Assembly: GCA_020184695.1 (NCBI GenBank)
Contig: JAANOX010000037.1
Span: 62,001-126,000 of the forward strand
DNA from: Histomonas meleagridis 2922-C6/04-290x
Taxonomy: Eukaryota; Protista; Parabasalia
Direction: 5' to 3'
Length of the DNA: 64,000 nt
A program made the translations under genes and the position numbers. The notes under the pieces were generated by a model. It was not told the DNA's origin and ran no database searches. It saw only the letters and a list, made by a program, of their open reading frames with translations. How positions within the stretch are numbered: the first letter of the stretch is position 1; every line of letters begins with the position of its first letter. This document shows positions 23,101 to 32,406 of this stretch, one piece after another.

Positions 23101-23902
23101 CTGAAATTTCAGAATTAACATTATTTGGATTAAATGAATATTTATTAATCAGTTTATCATTAAAACAAATACGTGATGATAATATTAATGGAATATTCGT
23201 ATAGAATATTGATAAAGATTGATCATATTTAATGGCGGACAATTCGGAAATCAATTGTATTGCATTGGTTTCAAATTTACAGCCTTTATTCGATATAACA
23301 TTGAAGATTTTAAGAAAATCGTATTGTTTATTTATATTTGATTGTTGAAAGATGAGTATAAAAAATTTAATGGTTATGTTATACGCTTTTGTTTGATCGT
23401 GAATGATCGAATTTTGAAGAATTTCAACCATATCATCAAATATTTTTGGAATTAAATCAGTTGGAAAACTTGAACTAAAAGAAAGATATTGAAGAGTAAG
23501 CTCCCTGATAAGAAATATGTATATAATATGAGGAATATTAGACTTAAATTTTAATATTGAATTTATTAGTAATGGATAATATTCTAAAATTGAAGTGACA
23601 TCTTTTGTGGATATCCATGCAATAGAATTCATGTAAGTTAAGAGTACTTCATCTTTAGTTGTTAAACCATATTGGTATAATGAAGAATTTAATTTAAATT
23701 TATTTGATATAGGCTGAAGCACTTGAGCAACCGATGCATTTCTTTCGATTTCAGTGTTTAATTTTTCAAAAAAACTTTCATTAACATCCGGAAATTTAAA
23801 ATATGATGAAACAGTATCAGATTTTTTGTGCTTAATTTGGATTTCTTGGCCCTTGAACTGAGAAAGGATAACCAAAAGAGGATCTTTTTTATCTTTCCTC
23901 AT
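17192..23902 (-). CDS. Beige/BEACH domain protein with PH-like and WD40-like C-terminus
   Basis: KWQSGRLSNFEYIMFLNQFAGRTF...YPIFPWV, ELTPEFF, HWIDLMFG, GQMPTQIF..HP; 2236 aa. Confidence 0.9.
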   Translation of the reverse strand: MRKDKKDPLLVILSQFKGQEIQIKHKKSDTVSSYFKFPDVNESFFEKLNTEIERNASVAQVLQPISNKFKLNSSLYQYGLTTKDEVLLTYMNSIAWISTKDVTSILEYYPLLINSILKFKSNIPHIIYIFLIRELTLQYLSFSSSFPTDLIPKIFDDMVEILQNSIIHDQTKAYNITIKFFILIFQQSNINKQYDFLKIFNVISNKGCKFETNAIQLISELSAIKYDQSLSIFYTNIPLILSSRICFNDKLINKYSFNPNNVNSEISENNLIEESFEIIFKIEEEDTLPNGLNPLNDSEFDTNLTFEFIEDEIGSIENISNLLMKSLSEYINSFFDGFLNVFIDENNEKNIFLYLIFQYFLMKLNYKINNKSIFKILISENIFNYKITLYNKCENFEIIRFLRINSIDIIITENSNFLNRLLQKYKQNPFLFSEIIGYITIKLNFFGKNVLINDKTLNSINYVLTILDLFYKKTQNSQQIIQNAKSIILIYLFTLLEDQTLIEECFCSFEFLKCFLLRIFEPSLEDKIISYIQKYLQNKSETKVKKLINFIHKIINMKYHKLPLKLLKCINISLCYNPKLSEKCIKLIPSIIQTNNKYNSKEFFDKTLNFFKNLSINNQNFNITKTQTLNLYLTIKNIDTNEQTINNLLYIISRNRIYLKQMFLIKIPNLILLFFSIINDKNNTKKYLKMFYKSCNYSIFNCIQCHQGEYDLFLLKLILNYNNNTFKFHGYEFSLKIDENVIKNIVIPNIVLISQYLTDPQIISNIIKVISTKEINFWFEILNNFLINFSKLYYKIILLGNKEITLKNINILQLEKGITFKFDIKIHSEITNTKSIIFGIYNNKCNGFYLCSQGKSIVLETKFVQKILQTFLYENFPSDVVTLKFSIKKNMNNEIYIKIETSHDEGDPSTFPIDFYPYEKENENLLIIFGSLHNQSNFYSEVNYLKIYNNDEILYDVHNNNNGKITMEQIKCYPLRSNIFDIFSMKKIMKLLIPFFIYFDKYPKNFHETFLDFLYYIICFSNSYQYIYKYFSLISYILIENNIQNLTYQIYLKFYSILSSSNNEMFCKSLINNILFNFDLWYTSNSFESIIKDWGTNLYILYLSYLPKFNEIISLIRIYLWFDPIEVDIIKGFNTSNRLRTKNINIKNCRKYLYNILKALINQSFTKENLIYLMSLCTTCNDIKGVNSFLSFLLEIINNIKYNKSMLCKLLYQQIKSKQEKRFIITLKIIHQIDIKNFYLHLEKILTLLNEDFFTIKLWNKCIKIVYNYQLIYPLCILIALNLNKEIEIAKILSELNIPKNLSVTNQIWSIWPLILITNLKKDYFDLVIKFIKNVMDKAFNYTVIDKFISIVDLLTSLGFPNVEKIGKKILFLYYEEKNDINMFKRCFKFIVLHLINENISKSLKFLIEKSPFKTNIIKNNSKIKIKLFSDLYNIIKDNEMIQSYSFSLLTNQKGELIDTNYINMLLNSEINDKQIEKLQKILIYLTTKNKTIEINEFLLNAIPKYLNNIEYLSYRLLDFRDLLIKRFNNNIFFDETNVKFEEIENVQNNLQNYRKFHHLIQKQMNETTPWKYNNNLQRKHKIFKYCSGFVQPFYKMSSRVPQNSNLNMKIDYDKHLFSIKCKKVRISNTKNIIFSIDNKSIHLISSDFHKIIDFNEVTNVYKKNRFHLFNSFEFCLTTGNSFLIDFDQKEINKVVHAIQKFTTIPIQTETFSSYIESTGITQKWQSGRLSNFEYIMFLNQFAGRTFHDCSLYPIFPWVITDYENNTIRDLTKPINLNFNCEFRNGPSNPYIISYYLSHIYPYDLLGYRNKMESIEDAFKESIKDNNSYELTPEFFFASDFFDNVQLPNIKNRRMTSDEFVYFNRKVLESDEISDNLNHWIDLMFGVNNIKSKYSKNLFDSVWNDFDISNETIKKNLQKCGQMPTQIFTSKHPKKSKNKNLIINSNQIINIDKEIISLAYITLENSTVTFLAMKSNYAFCDLKIDVSNKKQNLQKNQITVKTVLNNTNLRTIQNGFGLFDDKNLIIITDRISKELSFKFGTIKNIQFSGRLVGILNEIGNISIFDFCSSKLKGKVLITNDTVSSFAISQRFQTVSCGTVEGYIQSFDFKSNLHFILNISETPIKILITESWGFTVVHTRSKLIVISPSGKIIKSKQITFDISYWCTWRSFNGFDYIAIVDDQSNLFICEAFYLEMSNISFSSCSNVEYIAYSNEWNCLFVFTRKGLLHLVPLQLNK

Positions 23903-24197
23903 TTGGCACGTGAAATGTTATTCAGATTTCAACTTTTGAAATTGAAATTTCAGACAATTCAATTTCGGGTGTAAATTATTGAATTAAAATCTTTGAAAAT
24001 TTTCCGATGGGCAGAAGTTATTTAACGTTTTATTGCAAGTTAATCAGATTTTGACTTCATAAAGATATAACAACATAAGATAAACATATTATACTCATTT
24101 AAAATATCTTTCTTTTGCTTTTTAAAAAATAGAATAAAAAGATCATTAGTTTTTGTGTTTTTTTTTAAAAATAAATTGTTCATACATTTGCATCTCA

Positions 24198-26630
24198 TTA
24201 AATATCTCGCAATCCTTCAGGGCGCCTACGTGTGGTTCTTGCTCTTCTTTTTCTGGTGTCAGGAATACCTTGGTATGTCGAAGGGATAATTGGTTTATCA
24301 GCGTTAGCGGTGGCATTGGAGGTAGTGGAGGTAGTCGGAGGTGGCCTGATTTGGTTAGGTTCGATTTTTTGGCTGAACCTGTTTTCTAAGAATGCTCGAT
24401 AATTTTCATTAATTTTAATTCTTCCAATTGGTTTTTCTATGTTGTTATTTTTGATTTCTTTCTTTGGTATTACTTCTTCTTTCTTTGGTATTACTTCTTC
24501 TTTCTTTGGTATGATTACTTCTTTCTTTGGTATGATTACTTCTTTCTTTGGTATTACTTCTTCTTTCTTTGGTATGATTACTTCTTTCTTTGGTATTACT
24601 TCTTCTTTCTTTGTTATGATTACTTCTTCTTTCTTTGGTATTACTTCTTTCTTTGTTATGATTACTTCTTCTTTCTTTGGTATGATTACTTCTTTCTTTG
24701 GTATGATTACTTCTTCTTTCTTTGGTATTACTTCTTCTTTCTTTGTTTGGATATCACCTGATGTGCTTTGTCTTGCTTTTTCCACCAAATCACCAATTTC
24801 CTCTTTAACTTCATTAAACATATTCTCTATTTGATATGAATACGTTTTGAATAAGTTTGGATCAGTGAGATATTTTTCAGCCTCGAACAGTACATCTGAT
24901 ACTTTTTCTTCTTCTTCAGACGAAATTGTACCATTAGCCTTACCCTTTTCCATAGCTTTTCTTGAATAATTACAATAATTTTGGAATGTTTCTTTTGCAC
25001 TAATCTTCCTATTAAATTCTCTATTATTATTAAACATATCTTCTTCTTTTTTATCCTTCTTTTGTTCATTTAATGAACTATTTAATGAAATAGTAATACC
25101 TTTAACATTACCCGAAGTTAAATCTTGAGCTGAAACATGCATAATACCATCTTCATCCACATCAAAATAAATTTTGATCTTTTGATTTACTCTCGGTGCT
25201 GGAGGTATGTTATTTAAATAAAATACACCAAGTAATTTGTTGTTAAATACTTTTTCACTTTCACCTTCATAAACTTTGATTGAAGCTTCTTTTTGATAAT
25301 CTTTTGAGGTAGAGAAATATCTAAATGCCGTTGTTGGTAAAACTGTATTCTTGGGTATAAATACAATCATTTTCCGACCTGTTGCTTCCACCCCTAATGG
25401 ATAAGGATTAACGTCTTCAAGTGTAAAGTTTTGAATTGATGGCGATGGATCTTTTTTAAGAACAGCAGCAATAAGTGAAGCACCAAATGCTATTGCTTCT
25501 TCTGGATCGATATCACAACAAATTTTCATGGATCCAAAATAGTCATTAAGCATTTCTTTGATATATGGAATTCTAGATGAGCCTCCAACAAGAACAACAT
25601 TATCTATCTTTGATTTTTTCAAATGTGCATCCTTTAAAACCTTTTTGACTGTCAATAATGTTGAGTCGAAAAGGTTTTTGTTGAGTTCATTAAATTTATC
25701 TCGATCAATAGGTTCGGTTATATAATTATTATTATTATCCAGACAATTAACAGTGGTACGGAACATTTGCGAAAGATTTATTTTTGCTTTTTCACATGCA
25801 TCTTTTAAAAAATGAAGTAAACGTTGTGATTTTCGTGGATCGAAATTATATTTCTTTTGAAAAATAGATGTTATGTAATTAATTAAATTATTATCAAAGT
25901 CTTGTCCACCAAGATGTGAATTTCCTGCTGTTGCAAGAACTCGAAAATGTGATCCATTAACAAGCAAAATTGATGCATCAAATGTTCCGCCACCAAGGTC
26001 AAAAACGAGAATATGTTTCTCGCCTTGGGGTTGAGTTTTATACGCATATGCTAGTGCCGCTGCTGTTGGTTCATTGATTATTCGGAGGACGTTTAAGCCT
26101 GCACATTTCGCAGCTTCTTTGGTTGCTTGTCTTTGGCTGTTATCAAAGTAAGCGGGAACTGTAATAACGGCGTCCGTAACAGTAGCCATAAGATTTTCTT
26201 CTGCAACCGATTTCATTTTCTCTAAAATAATCCCTGAAATTTCTTCTGGCAAATATAGCTTGGGTTGATTACCAAGTTGAATCTCTATCAGTGGCTGATT
26301 GTTGGTACCTTCAACAACTTTAAAAGGCCATGTTTTCTTATCGTTTTGAATTATTTCATCATTATATTTACGTCCTATCATACGTTTGGTATCATAAATA
26401 ACATTCCTAGGATTTTCTGCTAAACCAAATTTCGCTTCTTCACCAACAATTATTTCATCTTCTGTAAATGCCACCAGAGATGGTGTTGCCTTATTATCAA
26501 TTTGATTTTTCATAATTGTGCATTGATCATTATAAAAGACACCAACACAAGATCGTGTTGTTCCTAAATCAATCCCAATTGCACCTGTGAATTTGGGTTG
26601 ACGCTTCATAACAATGTTTAAAAATGCCAA
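24198..26630 (-). CDS. Hsp70/DnaK family protein with a repetitive C-terminal extension
   Basis: [56 protein letters not shown]. Confidence 0.93.
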   Translation of the reverse strand: MAFLNIVMKRQPKFTGAIGIDLGTTRSCVGVFYNDQCTIMKNQIDNKATPSLVAFTEDEIIVGEEAKFGLAENPRNVIYDTKRMIGRKYNDEIIQNDKKTWPFKVVEGTNNQPLIEIQLGNQPKLYLPEEISGIILEKMKSVAEENLMATVTDAVITVPAYFDNSQRQATKEAAKCAGLNVLRIINEPTAAALAYAYKTQPQGEKHILVFDLGGGTFDASILLVNGSHFRVLATAGNSHLGGQDFDNNLINYITSIFQKKYNFDPRKSQRLLHFLKDACEKAKINLSQMFRTTVNCLDNNNNYITEPIDRDKFNELNKNLFDSTLLTVKKVLKDAHLKKSKIDNVVLVGGSSRIPYIKEMLNDYFGSMKICCDIDPEEAIAFGASLIAAVLKKDPSPSIQNFTLEDVNPYPLGVEATGRKMIVFIPKNTVLPTTAFRYFSTSKDYQKEASIKVYEGESEKVFNNKLLGVFYLNNIPPAPRVNQKIKIYFDVDEDGIMHVSAQDLTSGNVKGITISLNSSLNEQKKDKKEEDMFNNNREFNRKISAKETFQNYCNYSRKAMEKGKANGTISSEEEEKVSDVLFEAEKYLTDPNLFKTYSYQIENMFNEVKEEIGDLVEKARQSTSGDIQTKKEEVIPKKEEVIIPKKEVIIPKKEEVIITKKEVIPKKEEVIITKKEEVIPKKEVIIPKKEEVIPKKEVIIPKKEVIIPKKEEVIPKKEEVIPKKEIKNNNIEKPIGRIKINENYRAFLENRFSQKIEPNQIRPPPTTSTTSNATANADKPIIPSTYQGIPDTRKRRARTTRRRPEGLRDI
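24460..24740 (-). repeat. Coding tandem repeat KKE(E)VI(I)P/T in the Hsp70 tail
   Basis: About 13 units of 18-24 nt (plus strand TTCTTTCTTTGGTATGATTAC and variants). Confidence 0.9.
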
Positions 26631-27035
26631 AAAAAGGTTACATCTTTTTTTTTTTTCCTTTTATTCCCCATTCTGATGGAGATAATAAGGGATAATCACA
26701 GATAAAAGCAGTACTGTACAAAGTAAACATATTATACTTGTTTAAAATTTATAATATCTTTCTTTTCCTTTTCGAAAAAATAATGAAGAACATTCGTTTT
26801 TTGTGGGAGAAAAAAAAAGTATCAAATCAAAAAGTGGATCAATCGCACTGTCATAATCTTTGTCAAAATACTTACCCTTCCTATTATTGACACTTTTCGT
26901 TGCCAGTCAACGACCGTTAAAATTTTGATATCCATGGATGAACGATCGTTCCCGGTTTTCCTGTGAAATTTTTTTGAATGTGTTCCTGTCACTTTTTTGT
27001 TATTGGGGTGTACGTTTAAATTCTCGTTAGATCAA

Positions 27036-28418
27036 ATGACTGAAGAACAAAAGAAACAATTCGCAAAAAAACAACCTGCTAAATGCAGAACAACAGATTT
27101 CTTTTGGCGTGGAGGAGATCCCCTTCGAGAACAAGAGTATTTGATCGAAGAATACAAAAAAGCTCTTGCTGAATTTCGACAAAGTGAAGCACAATTAAAA
27201 GCAGCTAAAAAAGATGTAAATGATGCGCAAGATGTGCTTAATGAACGAGAAGGTTATGCCATTGCCTTAGCTTCATATTTAGAACAAGACACCACATATT
27301 CCAGAAAAGAGAGAGAACTAAGAGCTGAACTATCAGATCTCGAATCTGAAATTGAAAAGAAAGATCGAGAACTTAGGGTTATCAAATCTATTCATAATCC
27401 AGCAACGTCAAGTGCACTTGTGAAAGAAAATGCAACATATATGATTGAAATTCAACGAGGCAATCAGACAATCGAAAATTACAGATCACAGCAAGATGAG
27501 TACAAAAGACAAATGGCAGCATGTACAGTTAATAATAGATATCGCCATGCTCTTGAACTCGAATATGAAAGAGATCGAACACAAAACAAGAAAATACATC
27601 TCCACAAAATTGTAAACAGCACAAAAAATGAGTTTGAAGAACAAAAAATAATTAAAATACTTCAAGATCCCGACTCAAGAATTGAAAGAAATGCACTTCA
27701 AAGACTTGTCCCTCTTGAAGTCGAGATAGCTCTTTTGGAAGAAAAGCTGAATCTTCATCCTACAAAACATGATAATTATTTATCATTATTAATCGATCAA
27801 ATTGAAGAACTTAACAGTAGAATGGAAGAGATTGGGTTAGGTGATGAAGTTGTTGCCACTGGGAAGATAAAAGAGAAAGTTTTTGGAGGGACCACAGATA
27901 GTGATGAATCATCTGAATATGCAAAATCAGACACAGAAAACAAAACAAATTCGTCTGGTGAAGAAAGGAAAGACAGCTCTAAATCAGATAAATCTCATTC
28001 AGACAGTGATAAAAGTAAATCACAAAATGAATCACATTCTGAAAACAATAAAACTGAATCGCATTCAGATAACAACAAAAGCTATTCTCAAACTGATAAA
28101 CGTCGAAATGAATCACATTCTGAATTTAGTAAAAATAAATCAAATTCAGATAATGATACACATTCGAACTATAGTAATAATAAATCGCACTCAGACAGTG
28201 CTAAAAGTGAATCTTTGAATGATAAACATCAAACTGAATCACATTCTGAATTTAGTAAAAATAAATCTGATTCAAGTAGCGAAAAAAGTGAATCGTCAAA
28301 TGATAAACATCAAAAGGATTCACATTCGGATTATAGTAATAATAAATCACATTCGGACAAAAGTGATTTCCAAAATGGAAAACAGAAAGAAAATTTTTCA
28401 GATGATTTTGATGAATAA
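27036..28418 (+). CDS. Hypothetical coiled-coil protein with a Ser/His/Lys/Asp-rich repetitive tail
   Basis: First ATG at 27036; heptad-like N-terminal two thirds; repeated ESHSEFSKNKS and SHSD motifs. Confidence 0.75.
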   Translation: MTEEQKKQFAKKQPAKCRTTDFFWRGGDPLREQEYLIEEYKKALAEFRQSEAQLKAAKKDVNDAQDVLNEREGYAIALASYLEQDTTYSRKERELRAELSDLESEIEKKDRELRVIKSIHNPATSSALVKENATYMIEIQRGNQTIENYRSQQDEYKRQMAACTVNNRYRHALELEYERDRTQNKKIHLHKIVNSTKNEFEEQKIIKILQDPDSRIERNALQRLVPLEVEIALLEEKLNLHPTKHDNYLSLLIDQIEELNSRMEEIGLGDEVVATGKIKEKVFGGTTDSDESSEYAKSDTENKTNSSGEERKDSSKSDKSHSDSDKSKSQNESHSENNKTESHSDNNKSYSQTDKRRNESHSEFSKNKSNSDNDTHSNYSNNKSHSDSAKSESLNDKHQTESHSEFSKNKSDSSSEKSESSNDKHQKDSHSDYSNNKSHSDKSDFQNGKQKENFSDDFDE

Positions 28419-28639
28419 AATTTCTTTAATTTGTGATAATTTATATATATATTTTCAAATTATTACATATTCATATTGAATTTATCAAAAGAATATTTTC
28501 ACGTCTTTACTATGTTTTTTAGTTCATGGATAAATTTTCTTATAATCTTTGAACCATTAAAATGTTAAATATTTATAGTATTGTTCATTAATTACTTAAA
28601 ATTTTGATAGTAATTTTATTTGTTTTTATTCTAATCATT

Positions 28640-28950
28640 AAGTATTTATAAATTGCATTTGGAATTTCTTCAAATGAGAAGTTTTGTCACTATTATGGGC
28701 ATCTTCAAATGGTCATACAGAAATAGTTAAATTACTTCTTGAACAAGAAAGAATCGATATTAATGCTAAAGATATTTAACTATTTTATTTTGTATTTATT
28801 TAAATAATTTGAATTTCCAATTTTTTTCCGAAAATTATTTATTTGATTTCAAACAGCACTTATGAATGTAACTTGGATCAACAATATATAAATAATAAAC
28901 TACTTTCGACTCGTAAAGATTTCAAAGATGATAATTTTATTGTTCATTTA
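28640..28950 (+). pseudogene. Orphan split-ankyrin remnant, convergent with array F
   Basis: Cassette 28684-28773 (LSLLWASSNGHTEIVKLLLEQERIDINAKD), 79-nt spacer, then a degenerate TALMNVTW cassette. Confidence 0.75.
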
Positions 28951-30473
28951 AGTAAATAACTTGTTTTAATATTAATTTCTTTATCAAAAAGTAATTTTAC
29001 TATTTCTATATTATTATTTTTAACTGCTATATGAAGTGCTGTTTCAAATTATTAATACATATTCCAAATTATTAAAACATATTCTAAATTATTAAAACAT
29101 ACATCAAATTATTAAAACATATTCTAAATTATTAAAACATATTACAAATTATTAAAACATACATCAAATTATTAAAACATATTCTAAATTATTCAAATGA
29201 ATAGTTTTTGCATTAACATCAATTCCTTCTTTCTCTAAAAGTAATTTTTACTATTTCTATATTATTATTTCTAACTGCTATATGAAGTGCTGTTTCAAAT
29301 TATTAAAACATATTAAAAATTATTAAAACATATTCTAAATTATTAAAACATATCCAAAATTATTAAAACATATTTCAAATTATTAAAACATATTCTAAAT
29401 TATTAAAACATATTTCAAATTATTAAAACATATTTCAAATTATTCAAATGAATAGTTTTTGCATTAACATCAATTCCTTCTTTCTCTAAAAGTAATTTTA
29501 CTATTTCTATATTATTATTTCTAACTGCTATATGAAGTGCTGTTTCAAATTATTAAAACATATTAAAAATTATTAAAACATATTCTAAATTATTAAAACA
29601 TATTACAAATTATTAAAACATACATCAAATTATTAAAACATATTCTAAATTATTAAAACATATTAAAAATTATTAAAACATATTTCAAATTATTAAAACA
29701 TATTTCAAATTATTAAAACATACATCAAATTATTAAAACATATTCTAAATTATTCAAATTAATAGTTTTTGCATTAACATCAATTCCTTCTTTCTCTAAA
29801 AGTAATTTTACTATTTCTATATTATTATTTCTAACTGCTATATGAAGTGCTGTTTCAAATTATTAAAACATATTAAAAATTATTAAAACATATTCTAAAT
29901 TATTAAAACATATTACAAATTATTAAAACATACATCAAATTATTAAAACATATTCTAAATTATTAAAACATATTTCAAATTATTAAAACATACATCAAAT
30001 TATTAAAACATATTCTAAATTATTAAAACATATTACAAATTATTAAAACATACATCAAATTATTAAAACATATTCTAAATTATTCAAATGAATAGTTTTT
30101 GCATTAACATCAATTCCTTCTTTCTCTAAAAGTAATTTTACTATTTCTATATTATTATTTCTAACTGCTATATGAAGTGCTGTTTCAAATTATTAAAACA
30201 TATTAAAAATTATTAAAACATATTCTAAATTATTAAAACATATCCAAAATTATTAAAACATATTTCAAATTATTAAAACATATTCTAAATTATTAAAACA
30301 TATTACAAATTATTAAAATGAATATATTTTGCATTAACATCAATTCCTTCTTTCTCTAAAAGTAATTTTACTATTTTTATATTATTATTTTTAACTGCTA
30401 TATGAAGTGCTGTTTCAAATTATTAATACATATTCCAAATTATTAAAACATATTCTAAATTATTCAAATGAAT
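28944..30473 (-). repeat. Split-ankyrin array F: near-identical cassettes separated by expanded 20-nt minisatellite spacers
   Basis: Spacers of 60, 140, 240, 220, 160 and 160 nt built from AATAATTT(AGA/GGA/GTA/GAT/GAA/TTA)..ATGTTTT 20-mers. Cassettes read TALHIAV(K/R)NNNIEIVKLLLEKEGIDVNAKT; the last ends with TGA at 28944-28946. Confidence 0.95.
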
Positions 30474-31583
30474 AGTTTTTGCGTTAATATCAATTCCTTT
30501 ATCTAAAAGTAATTTTACTATTTCAATATTTCCTGATTCAACCGAGCGCAATAAAATTGTATTTGGAATTTGTTGATTTTCTATGATACTATCCATTAGA
30601 AATGTATTTCCATTTCTTGCAATTTCCTCTATAATATCTTCAGTTATTTCCTTTGTTTCTTGTTCTAAAAATGAAAAAATTATATAATTATTATAATTCA
30701 GACATATTTTTTTAAAATATGCAATGTCTTTTTCAGATTTACCATGATTTATATTAGGTGATTGTTTATTGGATTTTGTTATAACTTCTCCTTTTTTCTT
30801 TTCATAAAGATATTTAAAGATATCATTTTTATGAAATTCAATTGCTGTTTCATATGCATCTTCAAATGATGAATGATTCTGTTCACATAAATGAATTATC
30901 TCTAAACTTCCACCTGCAACTGCATATTTACCTGCGTTATCTATTTTAGAACCATTCATAAGTAAATATTTAAAACATTTAACAGAAGAAAAAAATGCTG
31001 CATAATCAATTAATTTAACATTTTCTTGATTAATAAATGAACATCTTTCATAAATTGATGGCTCAATGATTTGATTAAAGTCAAAATTTGGTTGTGATGA
31101 TATTTCTTGAAGTTTTTCTATTTCATCATTTCGAATTATTTTTGCTATTTCATTCGGATTATGCCCTTCTTCATTAAAATTCTTCAGGTTAGCAAAATCA
31201 TTATTTAGAACCAATTCACAATTTTTCTTATTGTATTTTGCAGGATCTGTTTCGAATAATCCTTGTTCGTCCATCTTTCGAAGAAGGAAAAATGATTCTT
31301 GTGTTGTTGTTTGCAGTAAGTATAGATTAAATATATGAACTAGGTTTGTTGTATTTTTATTAGTTTTTTCTTCTTCTAAATTTAACATCAATAAGTATTT
31401 AAAAATTGGGAATTTGACGTTTAATTGAGAAGCAAATGCTGTATATATGAACCCAGAAATAAGAAGATTGAATGTGTATTGTCTATTGTAAGTAAATAAT
31501 TCTATTGTTGATTGAACTGATGATTCGATATTTTCTTCGTTGAGATTAAAGATGATTGACTGCAACGATTTAGAGAGCTCCAT
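30423..31583 (-). CDS. DUF3447-type ankyrin-repeat protein, first coding block of split locus F
   Basis: Same family motifs as 7378..8562; ends at TAA TAA inside the first 60-nt spacer. Confidence 0.85.
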   Translation of the reverse strand: MELSKSLQSIIFNLNEENIESSVQSTIELFTYNRQYTFNLLISGFIYTAFASQLNVKFPIFKYLLMLNLEEEKTNKNTTNLVHIFNLYLLQTTTQESFFLLRKMDEQGLFETDPAKYNKKNCELVLNNDFANLKNFNEEGHNPNEIAKIIRNDEIEKLQEISSQPNFDFNQIIEPSIYERCSFINQENVKLIDYAAFFSSVKCFKYLLMNGSKIDNAGKYAVAGGSLEIIHLCEQNHSSFEDAYETAIEFHKNDIFKYLYEKKKGEVITKSNKQSPNINHGKSEKDIAYFKKICLNYNNYIIFSFLEQETKEITEDIIEEIARNGNTFLMDSIIENQQIPNTILLRSVESGNIEIVKLLLDKGIDINAKTIHLNNLEYVLIIWNMY

Positions 31584-31964
31584 GAATAATACCCAAGTTT
31601 GACAAATATTGAATAGGAAAATGTCAGTTGCTTTCCTTCTTAGAAATTTTTTTTAGTGTGAAAATATATTTTAAATTAATTGTTAATTTTATGATTTAAT
31701 TTTCGAATTAAACGAATATACCAGAAATACAACAGTGCTTAAATTTGTTTTGAAGGATTTAAAGATGAAGCAAAATGAAGACAAGAATTTTTTCATTAAA
31801 ATTTTTTATGAAAGATATTTTTTTTGAATGAGTTTGAATGATTATATTATTATAATATTATTTTTGTATATCATATTGTATTCAAAGATAATTTAAGGAC
31901 TTAATGATATGAGAAACATTTTATTTATAACTCATGATTAGGCATTTTAATGTATTTTCGTGAA

Positions 31965-32037
31965 GCTTCTGTAGCCCAGTGGTTAGAGCGTTCGCCTAGT
32001 AAGCGGAAGATCGCGAGTTCGACTCTCGCCAGAAGCA
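31965..32037 (+). tRNA. tRNA-Thr (anticodon AGT), intronless
   Basis: Acceptor stem GCTTCTG/CAGAAGC, D arm with TGG, anticodon arm TTCGC-CTAGTAA-GCGGA, T arm GCGAG-TTCGACT-CTCGC; followed by a T-run (Pol III terminator). Confidence 0.96.
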
Positions 32038-32406
32038 TTTTTTTAATTTTTCCATATTTTTTGAGAAAATCTATCTGAAATGACTTAACGTCTTTATCTT
32101 AAAAACGAATTTATCTGAATATAAATTTGGTTGAGGAAATCTTTACTTTTTGTTCTTCGAAACATTAAATTGTTTCCAAATTTCATTGGGGTTTTCAATA
32201 TAAGTGTAGAAAAAAATTAAAATGAATATCTTTAAAATGTCTTCCAAAATTCTTTTCATAGCAATAAAAAAGATGATTTTTTTCATCAGTTAATTATAAA
32301 TTTTAAGTATAAAGGAAATCGTAGAGAGAATGACTCTGAATATTTTTGATGAAAAATTCAAATTTCCTTATCCAGATTTTAATTATATTAATAATTCGCA
32401 CACACT

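Noticed and set aside
24439-24834. Plus-strand 131-aa ORF (FFGITSS repeats), and likewise 42963..43208, 56188..56577, 57740..58165 and 61785..62177
   Set aside because: These are antisense shadows of real genes or of their repeats.
28944-30473. CRISPR array
   Set aside because: Eukaryotic context, no cas genes, and the conserved units are ankyrin coding cassettes with minisatellite spacers rather than repeats with unique spacers.
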